A stretch of DNA of 64,000 nucleotides from Felis catus (taxonomy: Eukaryota): assembly GCF_018350175.1 (NCBI RefSeq), contig NC_058385.1, forward strand, positions 40,238,001-40,302,000, in the 5' to 3' direction. Below, in pieces: positions 37,001 through 49,555 of this stretch (positions are counted from its first letter, which is position 1; every line of letters begins with the position of its first letter). Made by a program: the position numbers and the translations under genes. The notes under the pieces were generated by a model, which saw only the letters and a list, made by a program, of their open reading frames with translations, searched no databases and had not been told where the DNA came from.

Positions 37001-37624
37001 TGCTATTTACAATGATTTCCACCACAGCTAGAAATATGACCTACACGTATTAAGAGCTGGAAGGCTGGAGTTTTGAGATGGAAGCCAGGTTGCAGGGAGG
37101 TGGGAATTACAGAGGCCATGAGAAAACAAGCAGTACAATTGGGCTTCCGAGAAAGAGATGCCAAGAGAAAGAATTAATAGCCTTTAGGAGAACAGAATAG
37201 GAATCTGCTAATTTGGGGATGGTAAAGACCTAAGGAGAAGAAGTCACTAGAGTAGGAGAGGTTGAAAATGTGGAGATGACAGGGGATGGGCGCAGTCCCC
37301 AAAAAGACAGAGGGGATGGGACTTGGGGCCAAGCGGGCATCTCAGCTTTGGTCATCTCATGCATGCATGGGCCAAATGGGTCTCCTGGGGTAGGAAATGC
37401 TTGCTCATGCTTTTACCCACTTTTTGTTGTTTTTTCTCGTTGATCATAGGAATGTTAACTCCAAAAGACCTTTTCCTTCAGAAGTAAAAAATATAGATGG
37501 GAAAAGAAACAGAAAAACCCTAGAGCAGAAAGCTGAAATCAGAGGAAATTATGCTCCACACTTTAATGAATACAAGGACAAGGAGCAAGGGAATGGGTAG
37601 CTTAATGAAAATAATTAAATTTTT

Positions 37625-37843
37625 AAGGAGAGTTTTTTATAATGCTTTATTTATTTATTTTTGAGAGAGAGCGTGTGCGCAAGTGGAGGAGGGGCAAAGA
37701 GAGAGGGACAGAGGATCCAATGCAGGCTCTGCACTGAAAGACTGACAGCAATGAGCCTGATATTTGTCTCGAACTCATGAACCATGATATCATGAACTGA
37801 GCTGAAGTTGGTCGTTCAACCAACTGAGCCACCCAGGTGCCCC
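37625..37843 (-). mobile_element. SINEC
   Basis: Head ends CCAGGTGCCCC; AATAATTAAATTTTT on both flanks. Confidence 0.92.
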
Positions 37844-38441
37844 TACAATAATTAAATTTTTGAACTGCCATCAGGGATGGAAATTGAAGCCATTCAGAGA
37901 TGAATGGAAGATTTACTGAGCATCAAGTCCTAGGCTGGACAACTACTAGGTGAATTGTGCGATTTTCTCCATGAACCTCAATGTAGTCAAGAAGAGAGGT
38001 GGCCATACCAGACCCAGAGTAGGTGTTCAATAAGTGTGTATCGAATGAACAAATGAATGATTTTGAAGACTTGAGACATGCACATTTGCTCTGTTACTCC
38101 GTGAATTTTGTCTTCAGACCAACTGATCACCTTCAGTTGTTCTTCTTCAGTTAAGTCTGCCAACTCCTTACCCTCTCTCCATCTTACTACAGCTCCAAAA
38201 TATGGACTTAGCTCGTCCTTTTATTCCTTCAGGAGGTACTAAAGTAAGACCTAGAGGGAGCCACAATGGTGAATCAACTTAACTGAAGACTTAAGGATAA
38301 CATACAGGAATTGCAATTTGGAAAAGACAGAGTTAAAACCGAACCATTAGATTATCACTGAAGACTCCATCCCTGTCCCCAAGAATATTCTGCCTCTCTC
38401 ATCTCCTCACGCAGGCCCATTTCATTCGCTTTCCCTTCCAC

Positions 38442-38540
38442 GTAGAGAAAACAAGAAACCATACCAAAGGGGAACAAAAAGGGAACACTGTAGAGAAAAC
38501 AAGAAACCATACCAAAGGGGAACAAAAAGGGAACACTGTA
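38442..38540. repeat. Perfect 48-bp tandem duplication
   Basis: 38442-38489 is identical to 38490-38537, followed by GTA microhomology. Confidence 0.95.
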
Positions 38541-39276
38541 ACCATCTTTTGTCTCAAAGAAGATCTATCATAAAAAAGCAGCTTAGCTCCTCATTGTCTC
38601 AACTCTCCCTTCCAGAATATGCCTGGCCTTTACATAAACGAAGGCCTATTAACTTGCTATATCCCTCATCCCAAAAGAGAAGCTTCTCTACAGCTAAATC
38701 CAGTTTCCAACCTTAGAATAAGGGGAACAAACAGCTCCGCAAGAAGACAACTTATTTTTATCCCCACCAGAAGTACTACTGAGGACGAGAAATGGAGAAG
38801 AGTGTGGCAGACAGAGAAGGAATAGTAGGGCATTACAAGGAAATACCCTCAGGTGTGGAAGGGTCCAGTGTGTTCTGGGAGGGAGAAAAGTTCAGTTTGC
38901 CTGGACTTTGAGATTCCTGGAGAGGAAGTGCTGGCAGATGAGATGGACAGGGGGCCGGAGTTTAAAGGGGCTTCTATGCCACAGTTAAAAGCCTTGCTTT
39001 AGACAACAGCAGCGTTTTATAACCGGCAAGACACGTGTCCCAATTTGTTTTTAGATCGTTCACTCCGGCACCAGTAAGGAGGATAAACTGGAATGGAGAC
39101 TGGTGAGAAATGACGCAGGCAAGAGCAGTAGGGAAGAAATGTAGACAACAAAACTGGCGTGGTTTCAACATGCAAACTTTCCCTACCCTGAATACATTCT
39201 CTTTCTTCTGCACCTATGACTCTCAAACTTACTTTAGAAAGTTTCCTGTGGAGTTTGTTAAAAATACCTTTTCTTA

Positions 39277-39536
39277 GGGCCACCTGGGTGGCTCAGTTGG
39301 TTCAGCGGCTGACTCTTGATTTCAGCTCAGGTCATGACATCACGGTCTGTGAATTCAAGGCCCGTGTAGGGCTCAGCACTGCTGNNNNNNNNNNNNNNNN
39401 NNNNNNNNNNNNNNNNNNNNNNNNNNNNNNNNNNNNNNNNNNNNNNNNNNNNNNNNNNNNNNNNNNNNNNNNNNNNNNNNNNNNNNNNNNNNNNNNNNNN
39501 NNNNNNNNNNNNNNNNNNNNNNNNNNAAAAAAAAAA
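39277..39536 (+). mobile_element. SINEC whose middle is a 142-N gap (39385-39526), inserted in a MER5-like element
   Basis: Head lies before the gap and the A-tail after it. The flank CAGGAATCAGCATTTTAAACAAG is MER5-like. Confidence 0.88.
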
Positions 39537-41943
39537 ACATTTTCCTAGGGCCCATCCCACAGACTCTCATTCATTAAGGGATAGGGGGAGAGTTTCAGGA
39601 ATCAGCATTTTAAACAAGTATCCCTGGGGAGTGGCTTTCATGCAAGTGACAGCTTAAGGCAAACGGGTCCACAGTGCTTAGAGCCTACCCTCTTATCAAG
39701 CCTTATCCCACCATTCCAGCCTACAAGGACCTCACCCAGAGCTGGCTTTCCCCAGTGCTCACTGCTTTTATGGGAATTTCTTAAACTTTATTGCATGCAG
39801 ATCACATTTCTAGCACTCTCCCAGGTAATGCTGATGCTGCCGGTCCACACTGCACACTTAAAGGACCAGAGTCACTATATCATGGGTGTTGTCACCACAT
39901 GACAATGATGGTTTCTTGGTTGTTTAATGTAAGGGAGTCTTGCCTCCCAACTTTACTATAATTCCTAGAGACCAAGTCCTGAATGCCTTTGGGAAGCCCT
40001 TACATCACCAAGGACTGAGTGTACAGCTGGTGCTTTATAAACACGAGTTGAGTTGAATAATTCAAAGTAAAACAGCAATCAGCTCCTAGATTCCATGTTG
40101 GGAATAAAGAAATAAATGGAGACTCCTAGCCTAAATTTTCATTATTATTGCTCCTAACTAGTACTTTCATACAGCCACATAGAACAGCCAGGAAAAAAAA
40201 AAAAAAAGACATGCTCCGTGGGACATTCAGCAACAATAATCTTAAATGTCTACATTAGAAACGCAATATGAAAAAGAAAGAATAGCTTTAATAATGCAGA
40301 AAGAAGATGTACTTTTCTAAAAGTTTCTGGAGCATCTTCTCAAAAGATTTATCAGTTGTCTTAATGATAGTCTCCAATTCGTTGGCCCCCTAGACTGTAG
40401 GCAGATTGCTATGTTCCGTGACATGTGAATCAGGTCTCAGTCTCAGAATAAGTAGGATGTTTTCCTTTTAGAATGGGGAAATTCTATAGACTCAAATGGG
40501 AATCCCAGATTTTCATGTGTGGCTGTGTACTGTTGAAATGATATACTTGCCTGAACCTGCTTTATGCTGCTGAGTTTTAAATATTTTTATTCAGACATAA
40601 ATATAGAATTGAATAGCACCATTAATGCTACATACGTTGGGTAAGGCCCGCTAAAACCAAGGCAACAAAGATCCACAAGGACTTTACAAACAAGAAGGAA
40701 TGGGAGACAGCTTCTTGACTGGAGACAAAGTGTTTACAGAAGAGGAGACACATTTTCACCACCTAGGAGTGCTTTGACATCCAATCAGAACACCAGAACA
40801 TGATTTATTATCCCAATTATATCTTAAAACCACAGCATAAGCCAAGGCCATACTGCATACGAAACTGTTTCCTTCCTTGGGTCTGCTTCTAAGAAGACAT
40901 CCTAGAAATCAGAGGATAAAATTGGAATATACTAACATCTCCTCCCTCTGAAGATCATTTACTTCAAAATTCTAACTACAAGGAGAAAAGCTAGATTTAG
41001 TTGCCAAAAAAAATTTTTTTTCATTGCTACCTTATATATGAAATAAAATAGTTCAAGTCTGTAGGAAACTATACTAGACATTACATACTCTAATATAACA
41101 AAATATACTGAGGCAAGATATTTCAAACCATTGTCACTAGTGAACGGATGATTTGACTTTAGCAACTGTTTATGGGGCATTGTGTGGAAATTAATCCATT
41201 CTTTTGTCATAAAATACCTCATTTCATAATATCAATTTTGCTATTAGGAGTTAAAGCAAGAATTTTCCTAAGGATATACATTTTTACATGACATTAAGGT
41301 CATTTGTATATATTATAATATAAGCATAACTGTGATAATTATTCTTTTGTGCAAAAATTTCAAGTAATCCTTCCAGCAGAACATTAAAAGATTATAATGT
41401 ATGTGTGCGATTATGTGTGTGTGCGAGTGAGAGAGACTAATTCACTAATGATGCTAAGCCCGTTAGGTTAGCTTGAGAATCTTGGGGGTTAGTGATTTGT
41501 TATGAAAGGGCCATGTCTAGCACAGTGAGTAGGGGGTGGGGTAGCATGGGGCAAAGCAGAACTTGAGTGAGTTAGAATCGTCTCCCGGCTTTTTACGTTA
41601 CAACTCTGAATGGATGGCATAAAAATCAATATGCATCTATTACTCCCAGAAAGCAACTTAGTTTGGAAAACCCAGTTATGCGTATGCCTTTGGCAGTTTT
41701 CCAGATATCTGGCTGCATTTCCATCGGTGTTGCATGCCGAAAGACAGCATGAAGGGAAGTGGCCAAATGATCAACTCCCGAGTCTCTCGTATCAACCCTG
41801 ATCAAATGGGAAGCTGATGGCAATGTCTTCTCACCGATACTGTTAGCAAATTCTGATGTACTCATAGCAGCAAGGTGAGTATTCCGCACAGGCAAAGTCA
41901 CACATCTATGGTTAATGTTTTCCATCTAATCCAGAAAGCTTGA

Positions 41944-41999
41944 TATTTTAATGGAACCAGCATACTATTTTAATGGAACCAGCATAGTATTTTAATGGA
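41944..41999. repeat. 22-bp tandem repeat, about 2.5 copies
   Basis: TATTTTAATGGAACCAGCATA(C/G) twice, then TATTTTAATGGA. Confidence 0.93.
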
Positions 42000-42795
42000 T
42001 AAATGGCAGCTATAGGAAGACATCTGGGATGGAGCGTGGTTAGAAAAAGAGGAATTTCTTGGAAGATCTATTTATACACCTCCGATCGGTTGAATAAATT
42101 TAGTCACAAACATCGCAAAATAGAAGCCAATCTTGTGTATGGCATTTTGGATGAGTATGGTTTGCCCTGAACTGAATGTTTTTAGGGCATTAGAAGGCTC
42201 CCATCCATCCTAATCAACTTTGTGTAGACATGATTCAACATCCAGTGTTGGCTCCTATCAGCACAAGTGTCAGTCACTGAGCAGACTCTGGCCCACAGCC
42301 CTCTGTCCTCATTTCCTCGGGGCCGAATGTATGTGGTTCTCACAGGACAATTCCCTCTTGCCTGCACTACAAGGCTGCCTCCCCCTGACAGGCTTGCCTG
42401 GCTGTGGCACTGACCATATGGCTAGGCTCAAGTTCACCTCTCTCTTAACAATGCCATCTCCCTGTCTCTCCAGCTCACACTGTCTTCATGGAGAGCACGT
42501 ATTTATAGACTCTCCCACAAACTGACCAATCTCACAAATGTATCCATGGCTCCAGTTACATGAGAGGTTCCTTACATTCACACACTCACTGGGATGTATC
42601 TTCTGGACCATGGCTCACATAAGGGAATTTCCGAAAAGAATTCATTCCAAACTCATATAAATACGGTTGCCTTTAATGTCCTAGATTAAATTCCATTCCA
42701 TTAATTCCTTACATCATGGCATATATTTGCTTTGCGCTCCTAATTGTCTAATGCTATTGCTCTTGATTCTGGCATATGTTAGAATAAATTGTGTC

Positions 42796-42911
42796 GGGGG
42801 GGGGGAGAGGGGAAAGTGGGTGATGGGCATTGAGGTGGGCACCTGTTGGGATGAGCACTGGGTGTTGTATGGGAACCAATTTGACAATAAATAATATTTA
42901 ATATATAAAAA
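42796..42911 (+). mobile_element. Severely 5'-truncated felid L1 (L1_Fc-like)
   Basis: GGGATGAGCACTGGGTGTTGTATGGGAACCAATTTGACAATAAA; TSD AGAATAAATTG(T/G)GTC at 42781-42795 and 42912-42926. Confidence 0.92.
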
Positions 42912-43176
42912 AGAATAAATTGGGTCTTTTCTCAAAATCTGATTTTAAAGGAATTTTAAGTATTATTTTTAAACTTTTCTTTTTATTTGATATATACCCC
43001 AACAGAAGTATAAACATTCATGGCAATATTTGAGGAAATTCAAGACTACGAAAGGCTCCAGGAAGTACTAAAATAATGTTTAACTATTGACTGTAGCTCT
43101 TTACCACCCACCCACCTCCAAGATTTCCCAAACTTATTTCCTTTAGTAGGTCTTTTTTTTTAAATCCAATATCTAT

Positions 43177-43515
43177 TGTCTTGGACAGGTCCCTACAACA
43201 AAAGACCACAGAGTGGGTTGCTGATAAACAACAGAAATTTTATTTCTCACAGTTCTGGATGCTGAGGAGCCCAAGATCAAGGCATTGGCATGATCATGTC
43301 CTAGTGAGGGCCCTCCTCCTGGTTCATAGCCAGGTCCTCACATGATGGAAGGGGTCAGCAAACTCTCTGGGGCCTCTATTATAAGGGCACTAATCCCATG
43401 TATGAGAGCTCCCCCCTCATGATCTAAGCACCTCCCAAAGTCTCCACCACCTAATACCATCACACCAGGCATTGACATATGAATTTAGGGGGACATAAAC
43501 ATTCGGACCATAGCA
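43177..43515 (-). mobile_element. MLT1A-like MaLR solo LTR
   Basis: AAACAACAGAAATTTTATTTCTCACAGTTCTGGA ... GGGGGACATAAACATTCGGACCATAGCA; TSD (T/C)CTAT. Confidence 0.9.
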
Positions 43516-44015
43516 CCTATTAAGAAATGCATGGTTCTAGGAGAACCGAGCAAAAACCTATTTTCAAATACTGTGCTAGGGGGAAAACAACTACTCATAC
43601 TCTGCTGGGCTCTTAACTCACTATTTCCAGGATGATCTGATCCCACACCCATAGCCAGTAACACTGTGTGCAGCCGGAATGAAATAAGTTGGAGAAACCA
43701 AACCCCATGGCCCCTACACTCTGGAGAGGCAAAGTTTGCTTGCACCATAGCAGAGATGACACAAGTAGGACCTGTTAATGTGCAGCACCATGAAAAGAAA
43801 ATGATGATGAACTCCCCCTGTGTGTTCCTTGCTTGTCCTATTCCCTACATGTTCTCCCTGGAAGTTCAAATATGTTGGTCAGATTATAATTATTATTTTA
43901 GATTCCCTTCAACATATTACTGAAATAATAAGCAAATCAGTTGTTTGAGAACAGACTATACCTTGGGTCACCGTGCTCCTTCCTACTGGCCTTTTCACAG
44001 GTCTAAAGTATGACA

Positions 44016-44200
44016 GGGTGCCTGGGTGGCTCAGGCGGTTAAATGTCCAACCCTTGATCTTGGCTCTGGTCACGATGTCACATTTCATGAGATCGAGCCC
44101 TGTGTCGGGCTCTACGCTGACAGTCAGGAGCTTGCTTGGGATTCTCTCCCTCGCTCTCAAAATAAATAAATAGGCAAATAAATAAGCAAACAAATAAACA
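44016..44200 (+). mobile_element. SINEC inserted at an L2 remnant
   Basis: TSD AAAGTATG(A/C)CA. Confidence 0.92.
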
Positions 44201-44570
44201 AAGTATGCCAAGTTCTCCCCCACCTTAGAGGCTTCACATATGCTGTTCCCTCAGGCTAGAACACCTTTCTCTTGGTTTTTATTGCTAGTTCCTTCCAGCT
44301 TAGATGCCAACCCCACTGAGAGGCTTTCCTTCATCCCACACCCTGCTATTATTCCCTGTGTCTGGCTCTTTTCCTTCATAGCACTTATCCCAATTTATAA
44401 TTTTGTGTTAGTTTGTTTTCTTGTTCATTGCCTACCTTCCTCTTCAGATTCCAAGCTCCATGGCGCAAGGGTCACATGTCTCTTTTATCCACCAGTGTAG
44501 ACACAGTCTAGTACAGGACCTCACCCAACGGAGGCACTTTAAAAAATAACAGTTGAACAGATGAATGAAA
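44200..44570 (+). mobile_element. L2 3' end
   Basis: TGCTGTTCCCTC, TTCTTCATAGCACTTATC-like segment, AAGCTCCATG, terminal GATGAATGAA. Confidence 0.78.
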
Positions 44571-45496
44571 AGTCTGACTCTTAAAGAAGAGCAGGAGCAC
44601 TATTTCCCATGTTTGCTGTGGCCTCTCTGAGCCTCAGTAAAATCCTCAATTCATCAAAAGAACCCCTTTTCTGCCTATCCTACTTGGACCCTTCCAGAGA
44701 CACAGTCTCTAGGCTACCTCTGATCAGGGAGCATTTAATTAATTCAGGGGGTTCGCAGCCAGCTTATCACGTTTGTGTTCGTTACACAGTAAGTGTTGGC
44801 TAAATCCACAGGCTGAGAATTCTGAGTGGTCTAAACTTTTTTTGATTCAGAAATGTTCCATGTCATCGATGCCATTTCCTTCACATCCACGTCATGTAGC
44901 TCACAGTCTGTTGTGCGACAGCAAGAAGAAGAAGACAAGAAAACATAGAGCTGCTTTTCTGGGTAAGAAACTAGGCCAGGGACTTGTCTACGTTGTCTCA
45001 CGTAATTCTCACAACACCACTGGGAAATTGGAAGTATCCCATTTTATGTATAGGAAAACAGGCTCATCTAGAGAAAGTATCCACAAACAGGAGGAGCTTG
45101 TGGGCAAGAGCACATCAAAGACTTTCTGAAAGAAATGACAAGGACAAAGTCTTCACCTACACTCAGTTCCTTCGGATGTTATTCTGCTAGAATAATAACG
45201 GGAAGCCGTTTGGATCAGGTACATCTCAGACTTGATAAATCCCATTTACATGATCCTGAGAGAGAATTTTTCATACGTTCACACCTGGAATCAAGATGTG
45301 CTTTGTAAGTGGTTCAACGTGTTACTGTTTCTTTTTCTTTCCAAAAGTTATGAATTTGATGATGCTACAATCCAGGGAGACTTGAAATCAAAGAAGTGTG
45401 GTTTAACGGCTTCTGTGATAGCGCCAGGTAAAGGAGAGCCACAGAGTTTTTCCATCTGTTCTTAATATTTAAAATAAAATTACCACCAATAGAGCA

Positions 45497-45991
45497 CAGA
45501 CGACTCCTGACTTACAATGACTTGACTTACGATATTTTAACTTTACGATGGTATGAAAGCAATACGCATTCAGTAGAAACCCTTCTTCCAGTTGTGAAAT
45601 TTGACCTTCTCCTGGGCTAGTGATATGCACAGTGTGATTCTCCATCATGATGCTGGGACGTGAGAGCCACAGCAACCAGTCAGCCACATGACCACGACAG
45701 TAAACGACGACACACTTCACAACGGTTTTGTAGTCATACAATGTTGTTTTGCACTTTAAGTACAGGATTCAGTAAATCACATGAGATAGTCAATGTGTTA
45801 GTATAAAATAGGCTTTGTGTGAGCCGGACTCTGGCTGATGTTAAGTGTTCTGGGCACATTTAAGGTAGGCTACACTAAGCGATGACGTTTGGTGGTTCAG
45901 GTGTATTAAATGCATTTTTGACTTGGCAATATTTTCAACTTAGCAGTGAGTCTATCTGGATATAACCCCATCGTAAGTTGAGGAAGATCTG
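45497..45991 (-). mobile_element. Tigger5/MER47-family non-autonomous DNA transposon
   Basis: Terminal inverted repeats CAGACGACTCCTGACTTAC / GTAAGTTGAGGAAGATCTG; internal ATACGCATTCAGTAGAAACC and GGTGTATTAAATGCATTTT. Confidence 0.88.
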
Positions 45992-46199
45992 TGTTTCCTG
46001 TATACCCAGATATTGTACCATGTAATCTTTTAAAAATTATCTTATTTACTCCTCATTAGGATGCTACCACAGAGTGGGTAATCGTATTAGTCCTTATTTT
46101 ATAAATGCTGAAACTAACAGAGAGGTTAATTAACACGTCCAAATACACGCAGCTATAAAATGTCAAAACTGAGATTGAGACGCAGGTCTACCTAATGCT

Positions 46200-46700
46200 G
46201 AGGTCACGTTCTTGATCACAGTAAGTAAGACGCCGGTTCCAGGTCTAGAGGCACAGTGTTGGAGGCTGTCCACCTTCCGAGCAGACAAGCAAATGGCGGT
46301 GACGTTTCCGCCTAACGGGCTATGCGCTCGCAGGATCGGCACTTTGGCCACGAGCAGAAGATCACGGACAGACAGCATCCCCTCCGCTGCCGCACAGCTG
46401 TTGTCAGGGCTGCTGCTGACCTCAGCGTTACCAGCAAACTTCATGGCAGGGGTGTCAGACTGTCACTCCACACGACACCAACAGTCGCCAGCTAATACGC
46501 CAGCTAATACGGTATTCGAGTCCCACAAGGACGGGGACATCTACTACTTCAATCTCCCGCAGTAGGTGCCTCTGCGCAAAGCAGCCGGAAATTCAGCCGA
46601 CGTCTCTACCTATCACTGCCACAGCCCACAGGGTTCAGGCGTGACCTCATGTACCAGGAGAGGCAGATGTACTGATATCTTTCACCTTTAACCTACAGTC
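46200..46700. promoter_or_regulatory. Orphan CpG-rich patch
   Basis: About 27 CpGs in 46201-46620 by hand count. Confidence 0.45.
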
Positions 46701-46703
46701 CCC

Positions 46704-46896
46704 GCGGCATCTGCGTGGCGCAGTCAGTCGAGCCTCCAACTCTTGATCTTGGCTTAGGCCGTGATCTCGCAGTTCGTGAGTTTGAGCCTCGCACCGAGCC
46801 TGGTTGGGATTCTGTCTCTCCTCTCTGCCCCTCCCTCGCTTGTGCTCTCTTTCTCTCAAAATAAATAAATAAACTTTTAAAAAAATTTTAAAAAAG
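46704..46896 (+). mobile_element. SINEC, diverged and internally deleted
   Basis: GGCATCTGCGTGGCGCAGTCAG head; CTCTCAAAATAAATAAAT tail. Confidence 0.88.
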
Positions 46897-46954
46897 CATA
46901 CAATCCTCAAATAGGCATTATATCTGATACTCACTGTTTTTAACGATATTGAGA

Positions 46955-47163
46955 TTTTTTTTTAATGTTTATTTATTCTTGAGAAGAGAGAGAGGGAGAG
47001 AGAGGAAGGGAGGGTGGGAGGGGCAGAAAGAGAGGGAGACAGAAGATCTGAAGCAGGCTCCATGCTAACAGCAGAGGGCCTGATGCAGGGCTCGAACTCA
47101 TGAACTGTGAGATCACAACCAGAGTCGAAGTCAGACAAGTAACTGACTGAGTCACCCAGGTGC
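46955..47163 (-). mobile_element. SINEC_Fc
   Basis: Poly-T, GA-rich segment, ends CACCCAGGTGC. Confidence 0.93.
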
Positions 47164-47254
47164 TTAGTTTATTCTTCACAAATTTCCCCACCTGAGGAGA
47201 TTGCCTGACCTGCCTTGGGATACTATTGATTCCTCCTCCCTGGTAGACAGGAGG

Positions 47255-47520
47255 TCAAGTGGTGGTTAAGACAGGCTCTGAATCTGACTGCTGGTCTAGA
47301 ATTCCCCGCTCTGCCCGCTGAGTGATGCGGGCAACCACTAATGCTATCAGTTTCTCAGTTTCCTCATCTACAAAATGTTAGCTAATATTGAGTTCTACCC
47401 AATATTAATGTTATCGGTTATCACAGTATTATCACAGGGCTCTTATGAGGAATTAATGAGATAATAGATGTGATGTGTTTAGTACAATATAAGGCACAGA
47501 GCAATGGTAGGCATTGCAGA
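47255..47520 (+). mobile_element. MIR
   Basis: GTGGTTAAGA head and CTCAGTTTCCTCATCTACAAAATG core. Confidence 0.85.
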
Positions 47521-47809
47521 TAAATATTCAAACGAACTATCTAGCCATTTAATTCTATGTACCGTGCTTAGTGCTCTCCACTCATATATACAGTTGTCCT
47601 TAGAAAGTCCTAAATTAAAAGAACCCTTTCAAGTGTTCAGGAGAGTTACCTGAACTGGATAGACCCAAATGACCTTTACAGTCACTTTTCTGGAACCCAT
47701 GTTGGGTAGAACTCGAGTAAGTAACCCTCCCCATAGAATGGATCTTCTTCTGGGTTGGATTTGCTGACTCTAAACTTCTGAATGATATGTATTTGGTATT
47801 TATCTAGCG

Positions 47810-48240
47810 CAGAGGCCACAAATTATCAAGCCTATGGTAACACAAATGAGTTAAGTACAAGAAAGATAGTATAGTATAAGAAAAAAAAAACCAATATAGT
47901 ATAAGGAAAACAATGAAGTGAATGCCAAGATCAATGGCAAATGCACTAATCCTGAGAAGTGGGAGACAATAGAAAGTCTCCTACCCAGAACTGGATGGAA
48001 CTGGGACCCCAGCCTCTGTCTAAGGGGCTAGCTATTACTAGGCCCCAGCTAATTATTGTCCATGGAAACATAAGCCCACTGACACCAGATTTTCCTATTT
48101 TTCAAGTAAAAGGAAAAATCTACCTTTTCATATAAATCAGCAATGAAATTCAAATTATTTTTTAAACTATCTTCAGGCCAAAGAAAGTAGGACCAAGAAA
48201 TATCTATATGCCTCTGGTTTGTATGTTCCACATGTGATCT
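47810..48240 (+). mobile_element. MER103C-like hAT-Charlie element
   Basis: CAGAGGCCACAAA start, GGTAACACAAATGAG, TGTCTAAGGGG, CCAGCTAATTATTG, CCAGATTTTCCTATTTTTCAAG. Confidence 0.65.
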
Positions 48241-49299
48241 AAGCAACTTCTGCTTTCGCACAACTTTTTATTAACTCTGAATGTTGACCTATTGGTTCAG
48301 AAAGACTCTACTTTCATGCAGGATTTACTTCTATTATGCCTCCACTCTATTAGTTTGCACATTCCTTCTGTAGCCCAGCACAATCTGGAAAGGAAAGAAT
48401 CTTTAATTTTGGAGTTCCTCATTTTTTCTATGACAAAACTGAGGTCAAGAGCAGCTCGTCCAAAGGAGCCTCCTGATACCCATTCCACTTGTCTTCATGG
48501 GACGACAAGCCAGGGATGTCATCATGCCCCTCAAGCAATCACTTCAGATGTATTCTAAGAAAAAAACTATGCTGAGCTCAAGAAGGTATGTGGAAGACAT
48601 GAAACTTAGTGGGCGCCTCCCACCCTCAAGTGAAAGTGTAGCATCGCCTCTGGCACGGAGGTGGGAAGGACCTGGATGGATGGGGATAGGTTTTCCCGAT
48701 AGATGTGATCTTTATGGTCTGGTTGGTTGCTCCAGTGGGCTGAGGTGTTCAACATTTCCACTTGAACCAATATGGGTACCAAGGAGATTCTAAATCTAAA
48801 TCTAAATTACTATTTATCCATGTGTTGAATTAATTACGTTATTGCTCCCTTCCATGAACAGCGATTCCTGATCTTCCAAGTCATGGCTTGCTTTCAAGTT
48901 TACTACCAGCGTCTACTCTAGTTCAGAGCCTGTTTCGTTGACATCTTGGGGAGTTGCTATCAACAGTTACTACTTACATCCGTGTTGACTTCTCAACTCT
49001 ATTTATCCCTTGGTATAGGTAAACCGTTTGAAGCATAAATACTTCATCAGCTGTGGGCCAAAATGAAGAATAAAGAAGAGCAAATCATTCATTGTTTTAA
49101 GAAAACCTGGAGAAAGGTTCTGGATTCAGGTCTATAGTCAAACCTCTCTCAATAGATGTCTGAGTTTGGGCAAGTTACTTAACTCCTCCTGTGCAAGGGA
49201 CACCTGCCTAGTAACCACGTACTTTCCTAGTTAAGAGAATCAAATAATCTAATATTAAAAGAAAAATCAGTGGTATTAGAGTTGTATTAAGTCTCCTAT

Positions 49300-49555
49300 G
49301 TGTATGTCAGTTACTAAGGGCTTCCCATGTGGCCAGTCAGCACGTGAAACATTTTACATATATTATACCATTTAATCCTCACCCTAACCCTATGAGTTAG
49401 GGATTACTGATTCCCATCTCAAGGAAAAGAGTGAGACTTGGAGAAATTTCCATTTTAACCATGGGAAGCTGACGCTTGGCAGACTCAAAGTGATTTGCCT
49501 GAGGAAGGTTGGCATTTGAACCCAGGCGGCCTGCCTCCGGAGCCCATGCATCTCC
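49300..49555 (-). mobile_element. MIR
   Basis: CATTTAATCCTCAC, AACCCTATGAG, ATTTGAACCCAGGC. Confidence 0.75.

Noticed and set aside
38442-41999. CRISPR-like arrays or other prokaryotic systems
   Set aside because: The repeats are head-to-tail duplications without spacers, and the sequence is mammalian.
46212-46565. 117-aa ORF in the CpG-rich patch as a coding exon
   Set aside because: Non-ATG start, no recognisable homology, and no convincing pair of splice sites; GC richness explains the lack of stops.
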